Source: Candidatus Multivoradales bacterium
GTDB taxonomy: Bacteria > Acidobacteriota > Thermoanaerobaculia > Multivoradales > JAHEKO01
Length of the DNA: 64,000 bases
Assembly (NCBI GenBank): GCA_965223155.1
Contig: CBDCVR010000013.1
Coordinates: 672,001 to 736,000, forward strand
Direction of reading: 5' to 3'
The translations under genes and the position numbers were made by a program. Shown one piece after another: positions 13,809-22,133 of the stretch (position 1 is its first letter; every line of letters starts with the position of its first letter). The notes beneath the pieces were generated by a model. That model searched no databases, was not told the DNA's origin, and saw nothing but the letters and a program-made list of their open reading frames with translations.

Positions 13809-14405
13809 ATGGACCGAACCGCAGCGCTGGAGCTCATGCAATCCAAGGTCGAGGCCGAGGGCCTGCGCCGGCACATGCTGGCGGTCGAAGCGGCCATGGG
13901 CTTCTACGCGGCCAAGCTGGACGAGGAGATCGAGCCGTGGCAACTGGCCGGTCTGCTTCACGACTTCGACTGGGAGATGCATCCCACGCTCGAAGCGCAC
14001 CCCGCCGAGGGCGCGCCCATCTTGCGCGAGGCCGGCTGCCCTGAGTCCGTGGTCCAGGCCATCCTCTCCCACAACACCGTGGGGACCGGCGTCGAGCGCA
14101 CCCGGCCGATCGATTTCGCTCTCCTGGCCTGCGACGAAGTCACCGGCCTGGTCATCGCCTCGACCCTGGTGCGGCCCTCCAAGGACGTTCGGGACGTCAA
14201 GCTCAAGTCCCTGCGCAAGCGCTGGAAGGAAAAGGCGTTCGCCCGCGGCGTCAACCGCGAGGAAGTCGAGCACGCCACCGCGGACTTCTCGCGCGAGTGC
14301 TTCGACGGCAAGCTCGAGCTCTGGGAGCACGTCCAGAACGTGCTCGAGGCGATGCAAGGAAGCGCCGCCGAATTGGGTCTCGACGGCCGTCTGGCCGCCT
14401 CCTGA
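13809..14405 (+). CDS. HD-domain metal-dependent phosphohydrolase
   Basis: RHMLAVE, GLLHDFD, AILSH, ACDEVTGL, KAFARGVNRE. Confidence 0.88.
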   Translation: MDRTAALELMQSKVEAEGLRRHMLAVEAAMGFYAAKLDEEIEPWQLAGLLHDFDWEMHPTLEAHPAEGAPILREAGCPESVVQAILSHNTVGTGVERTRPIDFALLACDEVTGLVIASTLVRPSKDVRDVKLKSLRKRWKEKAFARGVNREEVEHATADFSRECFDGKLELWEHVQNVLEAMQGSAAELGLDGRLAAS

Positions 14406-14418
14406 GCCATCGCACTTC

Positions 14419-15876
14419 ATGACGGCGACGACCACGCGGCGCTTGGCGCACTCGACCGGCGCGGCCACCTTCTCCCAGGCCTGGCGCATGGGGGTGACCT
14501 TTCTCACCACCCTGGTCCTGACGCGGCTGGTCTCCCCGGGCGACTGGGGTCTCTACGACTGGGCGATCGTCGTCTTCATGGTTCTGGGAGCGGTACGCGA
14601 CCTGGGCCTCGGGTACCACATCATCCGGCTCAAACCACGACCGTACGGCAATCTGCTCCTGGTCGAGCTGGCCTGGGGCGCGGCCCTGGCCATCCTGGCC
14701 TTCGTCTGCGCCGACTGGATCGCGCTCGCCTTCCGCCGCGCCGACGCCAACCTGGTGCCGGTGCTGCGGGCCCTGTGCGCATATCTCTTTCTCGAGGGCC
14801 TGGCGACGGTGCCCCGCATCTTCTTCGACGCCGAGCTGCGGGTTGGCCGCACCGTCCTCCCCGAGGTCGTCCGCAACCTGCTCTTTGCCGGCACGGCCTT
14901 GGTGCTGGCGATTCTGGGCTACGGCGTCTGGAGCATGACCCTCGGCCTCATCGTCGGCACCGCGTACTACGCGATCCATCTCTGGGTCCGAGCCTGGCCG
15001 GTGATGGAGCTCAACTTCGAGCGCGGCGCCACCCTCGCGCTCATTCGTCCCAGCCTGCCCCTGGCGGCGATCTGGCTGCTTGCCATCCTGGCCCGCCACG
15101 TGGATCCGCTGCTCCTGGCCCGGGTCTTTACCGAAGACACGGTCGGCCAGTACACCCGCGCCTACTTCTTCGCCTTCCTGGTCATGATCACCCTGGTCCC
15201 GGCCGTCACCCGCGTGCTTTACCCGGCTCTGGTCGAGTACGAAACGCAACCCAAGAAGCTGTCCGAAGCCTACCGGCTGGCCACGGTCCTGGTCCTGACC
15301 TTCGAGGTCCCGCTGGCGGCCTTTCTCTTTCTCAATCCGAGGACGTTTTTCTCCATTTTCGGCAGCGAGTGGATCGCGGGACCGGCGCCGCTCTTCCTGA
15401 GAGTGCTGGCCCTGACGCCACTGGCCGATCCCTTCAGCCGGCTGGGCGGCGAGATCCTCAAGGTCTACCACCGAGACCGGATCTGGATCGCCTCGCTCCT
15501 GGTAACGGTTCTGACCTTCGCCGGCGCGGGCTTCCTGCTCATCCGCTCGATGGGCGCGGTAGGCATGGCCTGGGCCAACTACCTGCCCCTGGGCGGACTC
15601 ATCATGGCCTGGGGCATCTCCAAGATCGCTCCCGGGCCGTTCTGGCGGCTGGTGCGGGACATCGTCTGGATCTACCTCGTGCCGGTCCTGCCGTTCGGCG
15701 CCGTCTATCTCACGACTCAGGACAGTCCCTGGTGGCGCTTCGGCCTCTCGATCCTCGCCGTTCTCGTCTGTTGCGGAATCTACTGGTGGCGCTTCGGCGC
15801 GGCGTTCCTCGAGTTCTTCCGCCACCCGGCCGAAGCCGCTGCCGAGGTGCCGGCCGAGCCCATTGCCGGCCCTTGA
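14419..15876 (+). CDS. Wzx-like oligosaccharide flippase (MOP superfamily)
   Basis: Multi-TM protein; LTRLVSPGDWGLY..DLGLG, LGYGVWS, VGQYTRAY, RVLYPAL. Confidence 0.82.
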   Translation: MTATTTRRLAHSTGAATFSQAWRMGVTFLTTLVLTRLVSPGDWGLYDWAIVVFMVLGAVRDLGLGYHIIRLKPRPYGNLLLVELAWGAALAILAFVCADWIALAFRRADANLVPVLRALCAYLFLEGLATVPRIFFDAELRVGRTVLPEVVRNLLFAGTALVLAILGYGVWSMTLGLIVGTAYYAIHLWVRAWPVMELNFERGATLALIRPSLPLAAIWLLAILARHVDPLLLARVFTEDTVGQYTRAYFFAFLVMITLVPAVTRVLYPALVEYETQPKKLSEAYRLATVLVLTFEVPLAAFLFLNPRTFFSIFGSEWIAGPAPLFLRVLALTPLADPFSRLGGEILKVYHRDRIWIASLLVTVLTFAGAGFLLIRSMGAVGMAWANYLPLGGLIMAWGISKIAPGPFWRLVRDIVWIYLVPVLPFGAVYLTTQDSPWWRFGLSILAVLVCCGIYWWRFGAAFLEFFRHPAEAAAEVPAEPIAGP

Positions 15877-16006
15877 CGCCCGCTGCCCTTGAAGGCGCGG
15901 CCGGATGGACTAAACTGGAATTCTCCGGCGCCGGGCCACTCGACTCGCTCCGCCCCTCTCCAGGCGCCGACTCCGAGTTCCCCGCGACGACCCGCACCGA
16001 TCACCG

Positions 16007-18079
16007 ATGACCGACTACGTCTGGCAACCTCCGCAAGAGTTGATCGACGGCGCCAACGTAACGCGCCTCATGAAGGCCCACCGCCTGCGGTACTTCGACT
16101 CCCTGTATCGCAAGTCGATCGAGGACCCGGCCTGGTTCTGGAAGGCGGTGGTCGAGGATCTCGACATCCGCTTCGAGACGCCGTTTCACGCGGTCTTCGA
16201 CGCCCGGCGCGGGCTCCCCTGGACCGAGTGGTTCGTGGGTGGGAAGCTCAACATCACCGCCAACTGCATCGACCGGCATCGGGAGGGGCCTGCCGCCGAC
16301 CGGACGGCACTCATCGCCGAGCACGAAGACAGCTCCTTTCGCACCTACACCTACGCCGAGCTGGCGGCCGCGGTCGATCGCTGCGCCACCGCGCTCAAAG
16401 TCGCCAAGGTTCGGCCCGGCGACCGGGTCGGCGCGCTCATGCCGATGACCGCCGAGGTCGTGATCCAGATGTTCGCGACCTTGAAGATCGGCGCTATCTT
16501 CATTCCCATCTTCAGCGGCTTCGCGGCACCCGCCGTCGCCGAGCGCTTGAAGGACGGCGGCGTCAAGCTGCTCTTCACCGCCGAGGCCTCCGGCCGCCGC
16601 GGCCGCCCGCTGCCGCTCCGGCCCACCTTCGAGGAGCTGGCCAAGACCGTGCCCTCGCTCGACACCATCGTCGTCCTGGGCCGGGGCGAGCCGCCGCCGC
16701 TGGCGCGGCTCAAGAACGAGATCCCCTGGTCGAGCTTCCTGGCCGACGCCGAGAAGGCCGAAGAGCCGGCCAAGACCGTGCCCGTGCCGTCCATGGACCC
16801 GGCGATCATCCTCTACACCTCGGGCACGACCGGCCGGCCCAAGGGCACCGTCCACAGCCACGCCGGCAGCCTCGTCCAGATCGCCAAGGAGGTCGCTTAC
16901 GCCTTCGACGTCAAGCCCGAGGACCGGTTCTTCTGGCTGAGCGACATCGGCTGGATGATGGGGCCCTGGGAGCTCATCGGTGGCCTCTTCCAAGGCGCGA
17001 CCGTGGCTATCTACGAAGGCGCCATCGACTGGCCGCGCCCGGACCGCCTGGGCGCGTTCTTCGCCCGGCACCGGATCTCGGTGGCCGGCATCTCGCCCAC
17101 CGCGGCCCGGCTGTTGCGCAAGTCCGGCGACGATCTCCTCGACGGCCACGATCTCTCGAGCCTCAGGATCCTGGGCTCGACCGGCGAGCCTTGGGACGAG
17201 GAGTCCTGGACTTGGTACTTCGAGCGCGTCGGCGGCAAACGCTGCCCGATCATGAACATCTCGGGCGGCACCGACATTATCGGCTGCTTTCTGTCGCCGC
17301 TGCCGCTGCACTCGCTCAAGCCGTGCTCGCTGGGCGGCCCGGCCCTGGGCATGGCCGTGGACGTGTGGTCGGAAAAGGGACAACCGGTGCGCGGCGAGCT
17401 CGGATATCTCGTCTGCACTCAGCCCGCACCCTCCATGACCCGGGGCCTGTGGAACGACGCCAAGCGCTACCTCGACACCTACTGGCGGCGCTGGCGTGGC
17501 GTCTGGGACCAGGGCGACTGGGCGATCGTGGACGAAGACGGATCCTGGTTCCTGTACGGTCGTGCCGACGACACGTTGAACGTCGCCGGCAAGCGCGTCG
17601 GACCGGCCGAAGTCGAAGGCGCCCTGATCGACTCCGGCAAGGTCGTCGAAGCCGCCGCCATCGGCGTCCCCGACGAGCTCAAGGGCGAGGCGATCGTGGC
17701 CTTCGCGGTGCCGGTCTCGGACGTCGAGGCCGACCCGGAGCTCGAGCGCCAGCTCATCGCCGGCTGCGCCGACAAGCTGGGCAAGCACTGCCGGCCCAAG
17801 GCGATCCTCTTCGTGCCCGATCTACCCAAGACGCGGAGCGCCAAGATCGTGCGCCGGATCGTGCGCGCCAAGTACTTGGGCGAAGAGGACCTGGGCGACC
17901 TCACCTCGCTCCAGAACCCCGAGGCCATCGAAGCCATCGGAGCGGCCCTCGAGGGCGCGGTCGGCAACGGCCGAGCCGGCGAGCCCGGTCCGCCCCCGGA
18001 CGAAGTACCCGGCGCGGAACTGGAAGATCCCCAGAGCCCCCAATCCTCGCCGGATCGAGCCGGCACCTCGCCAACCTAG
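16007..18079 (+). CDS. Acetate--CoA ligase-like AMP-binding enzyme
   Basis: WFVGGKLNITANCIDRH, YTSGTTGRPKG, GSTGEPW, GRADDTLNVAGKR, LPKTRSAKIVRR. Confidence 0.88.
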   Translation: MTDYVWQPPQELIDGANVTRLMKAHRLRYFDSLYRKSIEDPAWFWKAVVEDLDIRFETPFHAVFDARRGLPWTEWFVGGKLNITANCIDRHREGPAADRTALIAEHEDSSFRTYTYAELAAAVDRCATALKVAKVRPGDRVGALMPMTAEVVIQMFATLKIGAIFIPIFSGFAAPAVAERLKDGGVKLLFTAEASGRRGRPLPLRPTFEELAKTVPSLDTIVVLGRGEPPPLARLKNEIPWSSFLADAEKAEEPAKTVPVPSMDPAIILYTSGTTGRPKGTVHSHAGSLVQIAKEVAYAFDVKPEDRFFWLSDIGWMMGPWELIGGLFQGATVAIYEGAIDWPRPDRLGAFFARHRISVAGISPTAARLLRKSGDDLLDGHDLSSLRILGSTGEPWDEESWTWYFERVGGKRCPIMNISGGTDIIGCFLSPLPLHSLKPCSLGGPALGMAVDVWSEKGQPVRGELGYLVCTQPAPSMTRGLWNDAKRYLDTYWRRWRGVWDQGDWAIVDEDGSWFLYGRADDTLNVAGKRVGPAEVEGALIDSGKVVEAAAIGVPDELKGEAIVAFAVPVSDVEADPELERQLIAGCADKLGKHCRPKAILFVPDLPKTRSAKIVRRIVRAKYLGEEDLGDLTSLQNPEAIEAIGAALEGAVGNGRAGEPGPPPDEVPGAELEDPQSPQSSPDRAGTSPT

Positions 18080-18143
18080 GCCGGTCTTCTCGCCGCGGCT
18101 CGATCCAGCGGCCGCAAGAGGCCAACAAGACCGTCGGAGCCGC

Positions 18144-18392
18144 CTAGCCGCCGGCGCGCTCGGCCAGGCGCTCGACCCCGGCTTCGGTCAGGAAGTAGAA
18201 GTTGCCGGACTCGCTGGCCTTGAGAAGTCCCGCCTCGACCAGAGCGTCCAGGCCCGGCTCCAGGTCGGAATCCCCCGCGTCATAGAGGATCGCCTCCTTG
18301 CGCAGGACGTAGCCTTTGCGCGGTCCGCCGGCCATCCGGCATTTTTCGTAGTAGCGATCCAGAATGATGTCTTCGGCGGTGCCTTGGGCCAC
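18144..18392 (-). CDS. Small hypothetical protein (possible winged helix)
   Basis: 82 aa, GGAGGA RBS upstream of GTG, TACAAT -10-like box at 18425-18430; C-terminal LVEAGLL..YFLTEAG looks like a wHTH wing. Confidence 0.65.
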   Translation of the reverse strand: MAQGTAEDIILDRYYEKCRMAGGPRKGYVLRKEAILYDAGDSDLEPGLDALVEAGLLKASESGNFYFLTEAGVERLAERAGG

Positions 18393-18592
18393 AGAGTTCC
18401 TCCCCCAGCGTTCGGTGAGGCGTCATTGTACTCCGCCCGCCCGGCGCGACGCGTGCCGCCGGCTGCCACCGGCCCCTGGGCGCCCGCTCCGGCGGCCGCG
18501 CGACGCTAGGCGCCAAACACGTGAGACGTTCGTAAGGTTGCGTTCCCCCGGCACCCAAGTAGGCTTGGGAGGCGGGCTCCCCGCGGCGGTTC

Positions 18593-18658
18593 CGTCCTGA
18601 TTCGGACTGGGTCCGGTCTTGATCCGGGTCTGAACAGACCTTGATCCGGTCTTGATCC
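18593..18658. repeat. About six tandem degenerate 11-bp units (GGTCTTGATCC consensus)
   Basis: cgtcctgattc-ggactgggtcc-ggtcttgatcc-gggtctgaaca-gaccttgatcc-ggtcttgatcc. Confidence 0.75.
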
Positions 18659-18699
18659 GATCTGGGGGGCCGGTCCCGAGTTTGCACGGAATTCTCCCC

Positions 18700-20226
18700 A
18701 TGACGGCTACTTACGCTCCTCGAAGCTTTCGCTCCGGCAAACGGATCGGCGCAGTGCCCGTCTTGATCGGAACGTTCCTCGCGCTCCTGGCCCTCGCGCT
18801 TCCGGCCGCATCCCAGGCCATGACCGGCGGCCTGCTCCGCGTGCATCCCGACAATCCCCGGTACCTGACCAACAAGAGCGGCAAGGCGATTCTTCTGGTC
18901 GGTCCGCACACCTGGCACGTCTTTCAGGACTACGACGACGAGCGGGCCTCGGTCGAGTTCGACTACGACGCCTGGCTCGACGAGCTGCGCCGCGAGAAGT
19001 TCAACTTCTTCCGCGGCTGGACCTGGGAGGACGGCTACTACTCGCCCATCGCATTCCGGCGCGTCACCGTCCAGGGACGCCGCGTCTACGCGCTCGACCG
19101 CTGGAACGCGGCCTACTTCCAGCGCATTCGCAACCGCGTCGAACAGGCCGGCAGGCGCGGCCTCTACACCAGCGTCATGCTCTTTCAGGGTTGGAGCGTA
19201 GACAACCGCAAGGGCTTGCGGCGGCCCGACCCCTGGCTGGTCCACCCGTTCAATCCGTCAAACAACTCCGACCGGAGGGCCGTGCCAGTGCATCGCGGAA
19301 CCGAGCTCGACCCGGTCCACGACGAGTACCTCCAGCGCATGGTTGCGGCGCTTTGGGACTTGGACAACTTCATTTGGGAGGTGGGCAACGAGCTCGACTC
19401 CCGCTCCGCCCCCTGGAAGCGTCAGGTGATTCAGCGCGTGAGCGAGCTCGAAGACGCGATGAGCCTCGAAGCCGGCCTGCCCGCCAACGCCCCCCGCCGC
19501 CATCTCATCTGGGCGAGCTGCATCGGGCGCAAGATCCCGATGCCCGCCTACGGCGCCGACATCATCTCGCCTTGCAACGTTGACGGCTACGGCCCCACGC
19601 CGGCCCGGGCCTGCACCTCGATCCGGCGGCGGTCCAACCCGCCGGCGGCAAGTGGCTCACCCGGCTCCCCGATCGTTATCAGCGACTCCGATCACTTGGA
19701 GCCGCTGGCGGTGGACCTGCACTGGGCCTGGCGGAGCTTCATCCGGGGTCTCCACCCGATCGTGCTTGTCGCGCCCGAGGGCCGCGACAGCCTGCCCTGG
19801 TTCCGCGGGCCCTGCAACATCGACCGGGGCCTCGAGAACCTCGAGGAGATCCGCGCCGCTCTGACCGTCATCCGGAGCGTCGCCAAGCGCTTCGATTTGG
19901 CCCGAGCGGTGCCGCAGGGCAAGGCCGCGGCCGGCAAGCGGAATCCCGTCTCCTCCACCGGCTTCGCCCTCTACACCTCCCGCAGCACCAAGACCTCGGC
20001 CAAACCCGACGGCCGGCAGTTCCTGGTGCTGCAACCGGCGACCGCGGGCGCCGCGGAGCCGGTCACCATCTGCGGCTTGAAGACCGGCCGCACCTATCGC
20101 GCTACCTGGCGGCGGCTCACCAACGGCTCGATCTTCGGCCAGGGGGACCGCTCCCGGGTCAAGAGCTGCGAGACCTACCGCGGCTCCTCGGCCGGCGGCA
20201 TCCTCGAGCTCAAGCTCAAGAACTGA
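18700..20226 (+). CDS. Secreted clan GH-A-like glycoside hydrolase (DUF6298/DUF4038-like) with C-terminal beta domain
   Basis: Signal peptide, LRVHPDNPRY, LVGPHTW, SVMLFQGW, WEVGNE, ISDSDH. Confidence 0.6.
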   Translation: MTATYAPRSFRSGKRIGAVPVLIGTFLALLALALPAASQAMTGGLLRVHPDNPRYLTNKSGKAILLVGPHTWHVFQDYDDERASVEFDYDAWLDELRREKFNFFRGWTWEDGYYSPIAFRRVTVQGRRVYALDRWNAAYFQRIRNRVEQAGRRGLYTSVMLFQGWSVDNRKGLRRPDPWLVHPFNPSNNSDRRAVPVHRGTELDPVHDEYLQRMVAALWDLDNFIWEVGNELDSRSAPWKRQVIQRVSELEDAMSLEAGLPANAPRRHLIWASCIGRKIPMPAYGADIISPCNVDGYGPTPARACTSIRRRSNPPAASGSPGSPIVISDSDHLEPLAVDLHWAWRSFIRGLHPIVLVAPEGRDSLPWFRGPCNIDRGLENLEEIRAALTVIRSVAKRFDLARAVPQGKAAAGKRNPVSSTGFALYTSRSTKTSAKPDGRQFLVLQPATAGAAEPVTICGLKTGRTYRATWRRLTNGSIFGQGDRSRVKSCETYRGSSAGGILELKLKN

Positions 20227-20299
20227 AGCCCAAGCTCGATCGACCCAGGCTCGGCCGAACCGACCCGAGGCCGAGGCCGTAGCAGGATTTCGAGCCCGC

Positions 20300-20548
20300 T
20301 CAGTCGAGCGGCAGCCGGCTGCGCCGGCGGATCAGCCAACCAATGCCGGCAACAGTGGCGATCGGCGCCGCCACCAAGACGTAGGTCCCGTTACGGAGTC
20401 CCCCGGCCAGCACCCGGCCGGCCTCGGAATCCAGGACACCCTTGCACAGCGGACACGCCGCCGCGGGCTCGGCGGTGAGAAGGGCGACCGCAAACCCCAG
20501 GGCGAACGCCGCGACGACGCCGCGCCCGACCGAACCCGACTCGCTCAC
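20300..20548 (-). CDS. Small membrane protein with signal peptide and CxxC, last gene of the oxidase operon
   Basis: AAACPLCK followed by a C-terminal TM; 4-bp overlap with the subunit IV gene. Confidence 0.65.
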   Translation of the reverse strand: MSESGSVGRGVVAAFALGFAVALLTAEPAAACPLCKGVLDSEAGRVLAGGLRNGTYVLVAAPIATVAGIGWLIRRRSRLPLD

Positions 20549-20847
20549 AGCGAGCCGCCCAGCGTCATGGCCAGGATGCGCTTGGCGTCCGGAGCGATCA
20601 GGGCGAACAGAATCGCCCCGTTCACAAACAGTCCGAAGACCACCGCCATCTTGAGAACCATGCTCTCGTAGCGCAGGTGCATGAAATATCCGACGATCAG
20701 TGTCGCCTTCACCAGCATCGCCGCCAGCAGAACCAGGATCATGAGTCCGCGCGGACCCTCGACCTGGTCGAGGAAGATCATTCCCAGGGTCAGCGCCAGC
20801 AGCACCAACCAGATCTTCCAGTATCCCGCGTAGCTCGTGCCACTCAT
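20545..20847 (-). CDS. Cytochrome c oxidase subunit IV family protein
   Basis: Three TM, KATLIVGYFMHLRYE. Confidence 0.88.
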   Translation of the reverse strand: MSGTSYAGYWKIWLVLLALTLGMIFLDQVEGPRGLMILVLLAAMLVKATLIVGYFMHLRYESMVLKMAVVFGLFVNGAILFALIAPDAKRILAMTLGGSL

Positions 20848-20857
20848 GAGGCCCCCC

Positions 20858-21469
20858 TTAGAGCAAGTAGAACAGCGTGAAAATGAACACCCAGACCAGA
20901 TCCACGAAGTGCCAGTACAGGCCCGCGATCTCGACGCCTCCGGCCCGGAGCGGATCCTTCCGCGTGTTGAGCGCGGTCACGACGAGCACGATGAGCCCGG
21001 TCAGAACATGGGTGCCGTGGAATCCCGTGATCAGGAAGAAATAGGCGCCGAACAGCGGCACGTTCCAGGGATTTTCGGTGAGCGACACGCCCTGGTGGAT
21101 GAGATGGCTCCACTCGTAGGCCTGCATGCAGAGAAACACCAGGCCGCCGAGGATCGTCAACCACAGGTACCGGCGGGTGGCGCCGCGGTCGCCCTCCTGA
21201 GCGGCCCGCACCGCGCTCGCCATGGTCGCGCTCGAGGTAATGAGCACGAAGGTCATGATGGCGATGAAGGTGAGATTGAAGACGTCGTCCTGGTTGGGCC
21301 AGGTCGCGCTCGAGAACTTGGAGAAGCCGTAGGACGCCAGAAAGCCGACGAACAGGAGACCGTCGGTCACGATGAAGATCCACATCATGACCTTGCGCCA
21401 GCCGGCGTCGAACGGGCAAACGCCGCCGCTCCAGTCCGCCGGCTTGCCGCTAAGACTTGCTTGGCTCAT
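20858..21469 (-). CDS. ctaE: Cytochrome c oxidase subunit III
   Basis: MMWIFIVTD, FFLITGFHGTHV, GLYWHFVDLVWVFIF. Confidence 0.92.
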   Translation of the reverse strand: MSQASLSGKPADWSGGVCPFDAGWRKVMMWIFIVTDGLLFVGFLASYGFSKFSSATWPNQDDVFNLTFIAIMTFVLITSSATMASAVRAAQEGDRGATRRYLWLTILGGLVFLCMQAYEWSHLIHQGVSLTENPWNVPLFGAYFFLITGFHGTHVLTGLIVLVVTALNTRKDPLRAGGVEIAGLYWHFVDLVWVFIFTLFYLL

Positions 21470-21534
21470 CCGATCCCTCCTTCATTCGGCTTCTCCGTCA
21501 TCAGACTCCTCCGTGGCGCGTCTCGAGCATCGGC

Positions 21535-22125
21535 CTAGGCGGTCGCGAGCACCGCGAAAAGCACTACCCAGGCCAGCGCCAGGAAGTGCCAGTAGGCCGC
21601 GGACATCCGCAGCAGCCGGCGCGGCCGGCGTCCTTCCGGCGTTCGGGTCACGATCCGGAGCGTCCAGGCCAGAAGCACCAGACCTCCGGCGACATGGAGC
21701 GCGTGGGCTCCGGTCAGAATGTACAGAAAGGCCGGGTGCGGCCCGGAGCCGAGCGAGATGCCCTGGCTCGCAAGCTCGCGCCAGACGACCAACTGCCCGG
21801 CCACAAACGTCACGCCCAGCGCGAGCGTCACCGCCAGCCATCGCCACGCGACCGCGGACTCAGTCCTGCGAGAAAGCTCGAGGGTCGCGCTCGAGGCCAG
21901 GAGAAGCGCCGAGTTCCACCACAAGAGCGCTGGAAACTCCACCGCCGACCAGTCGGCCCCGGTGCGGCGCACCAGCAGAGCGCTGACGAAAGCCGCGAAC
22001 AGCATCCCCGCGGTGCCGAGAAAAAACCACAGCCCCAGCTCGTTCGGGTGGACCCCGTGCGAGAACCGCGACCGCACCGGGCTACCGGATACGGCGGACG
22101 CCGCGACGCTGGCCGGTTCGGTCAT
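21535..22125 (-). CDS. Second cytochrome c oxidase subunit III family protein
   Basis: LGLWFFL..MLFAAF, FLYILTGAHALHV, AYWHFL. Confidence 0.88.
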   Translation of the reverse strand: MTEPASVAASAVSGSPVRSRFSHGVHPNELGLWFFLGTAGMLFAAFVSALLVRRTGADWSAVEFPALLWWNSALLLASSATLELSRRTESAVAWRWLAVTLALGVTFVAGQLVVWRELASQGISLGSGPHPAFLYILTGAHALHVAGGLVLLAWTLRIVTRTPEGRRPRRLLRMSAAYWHFLALAWVVLFAVLATA

Positions 22126-22133
22126 CCAGGACC

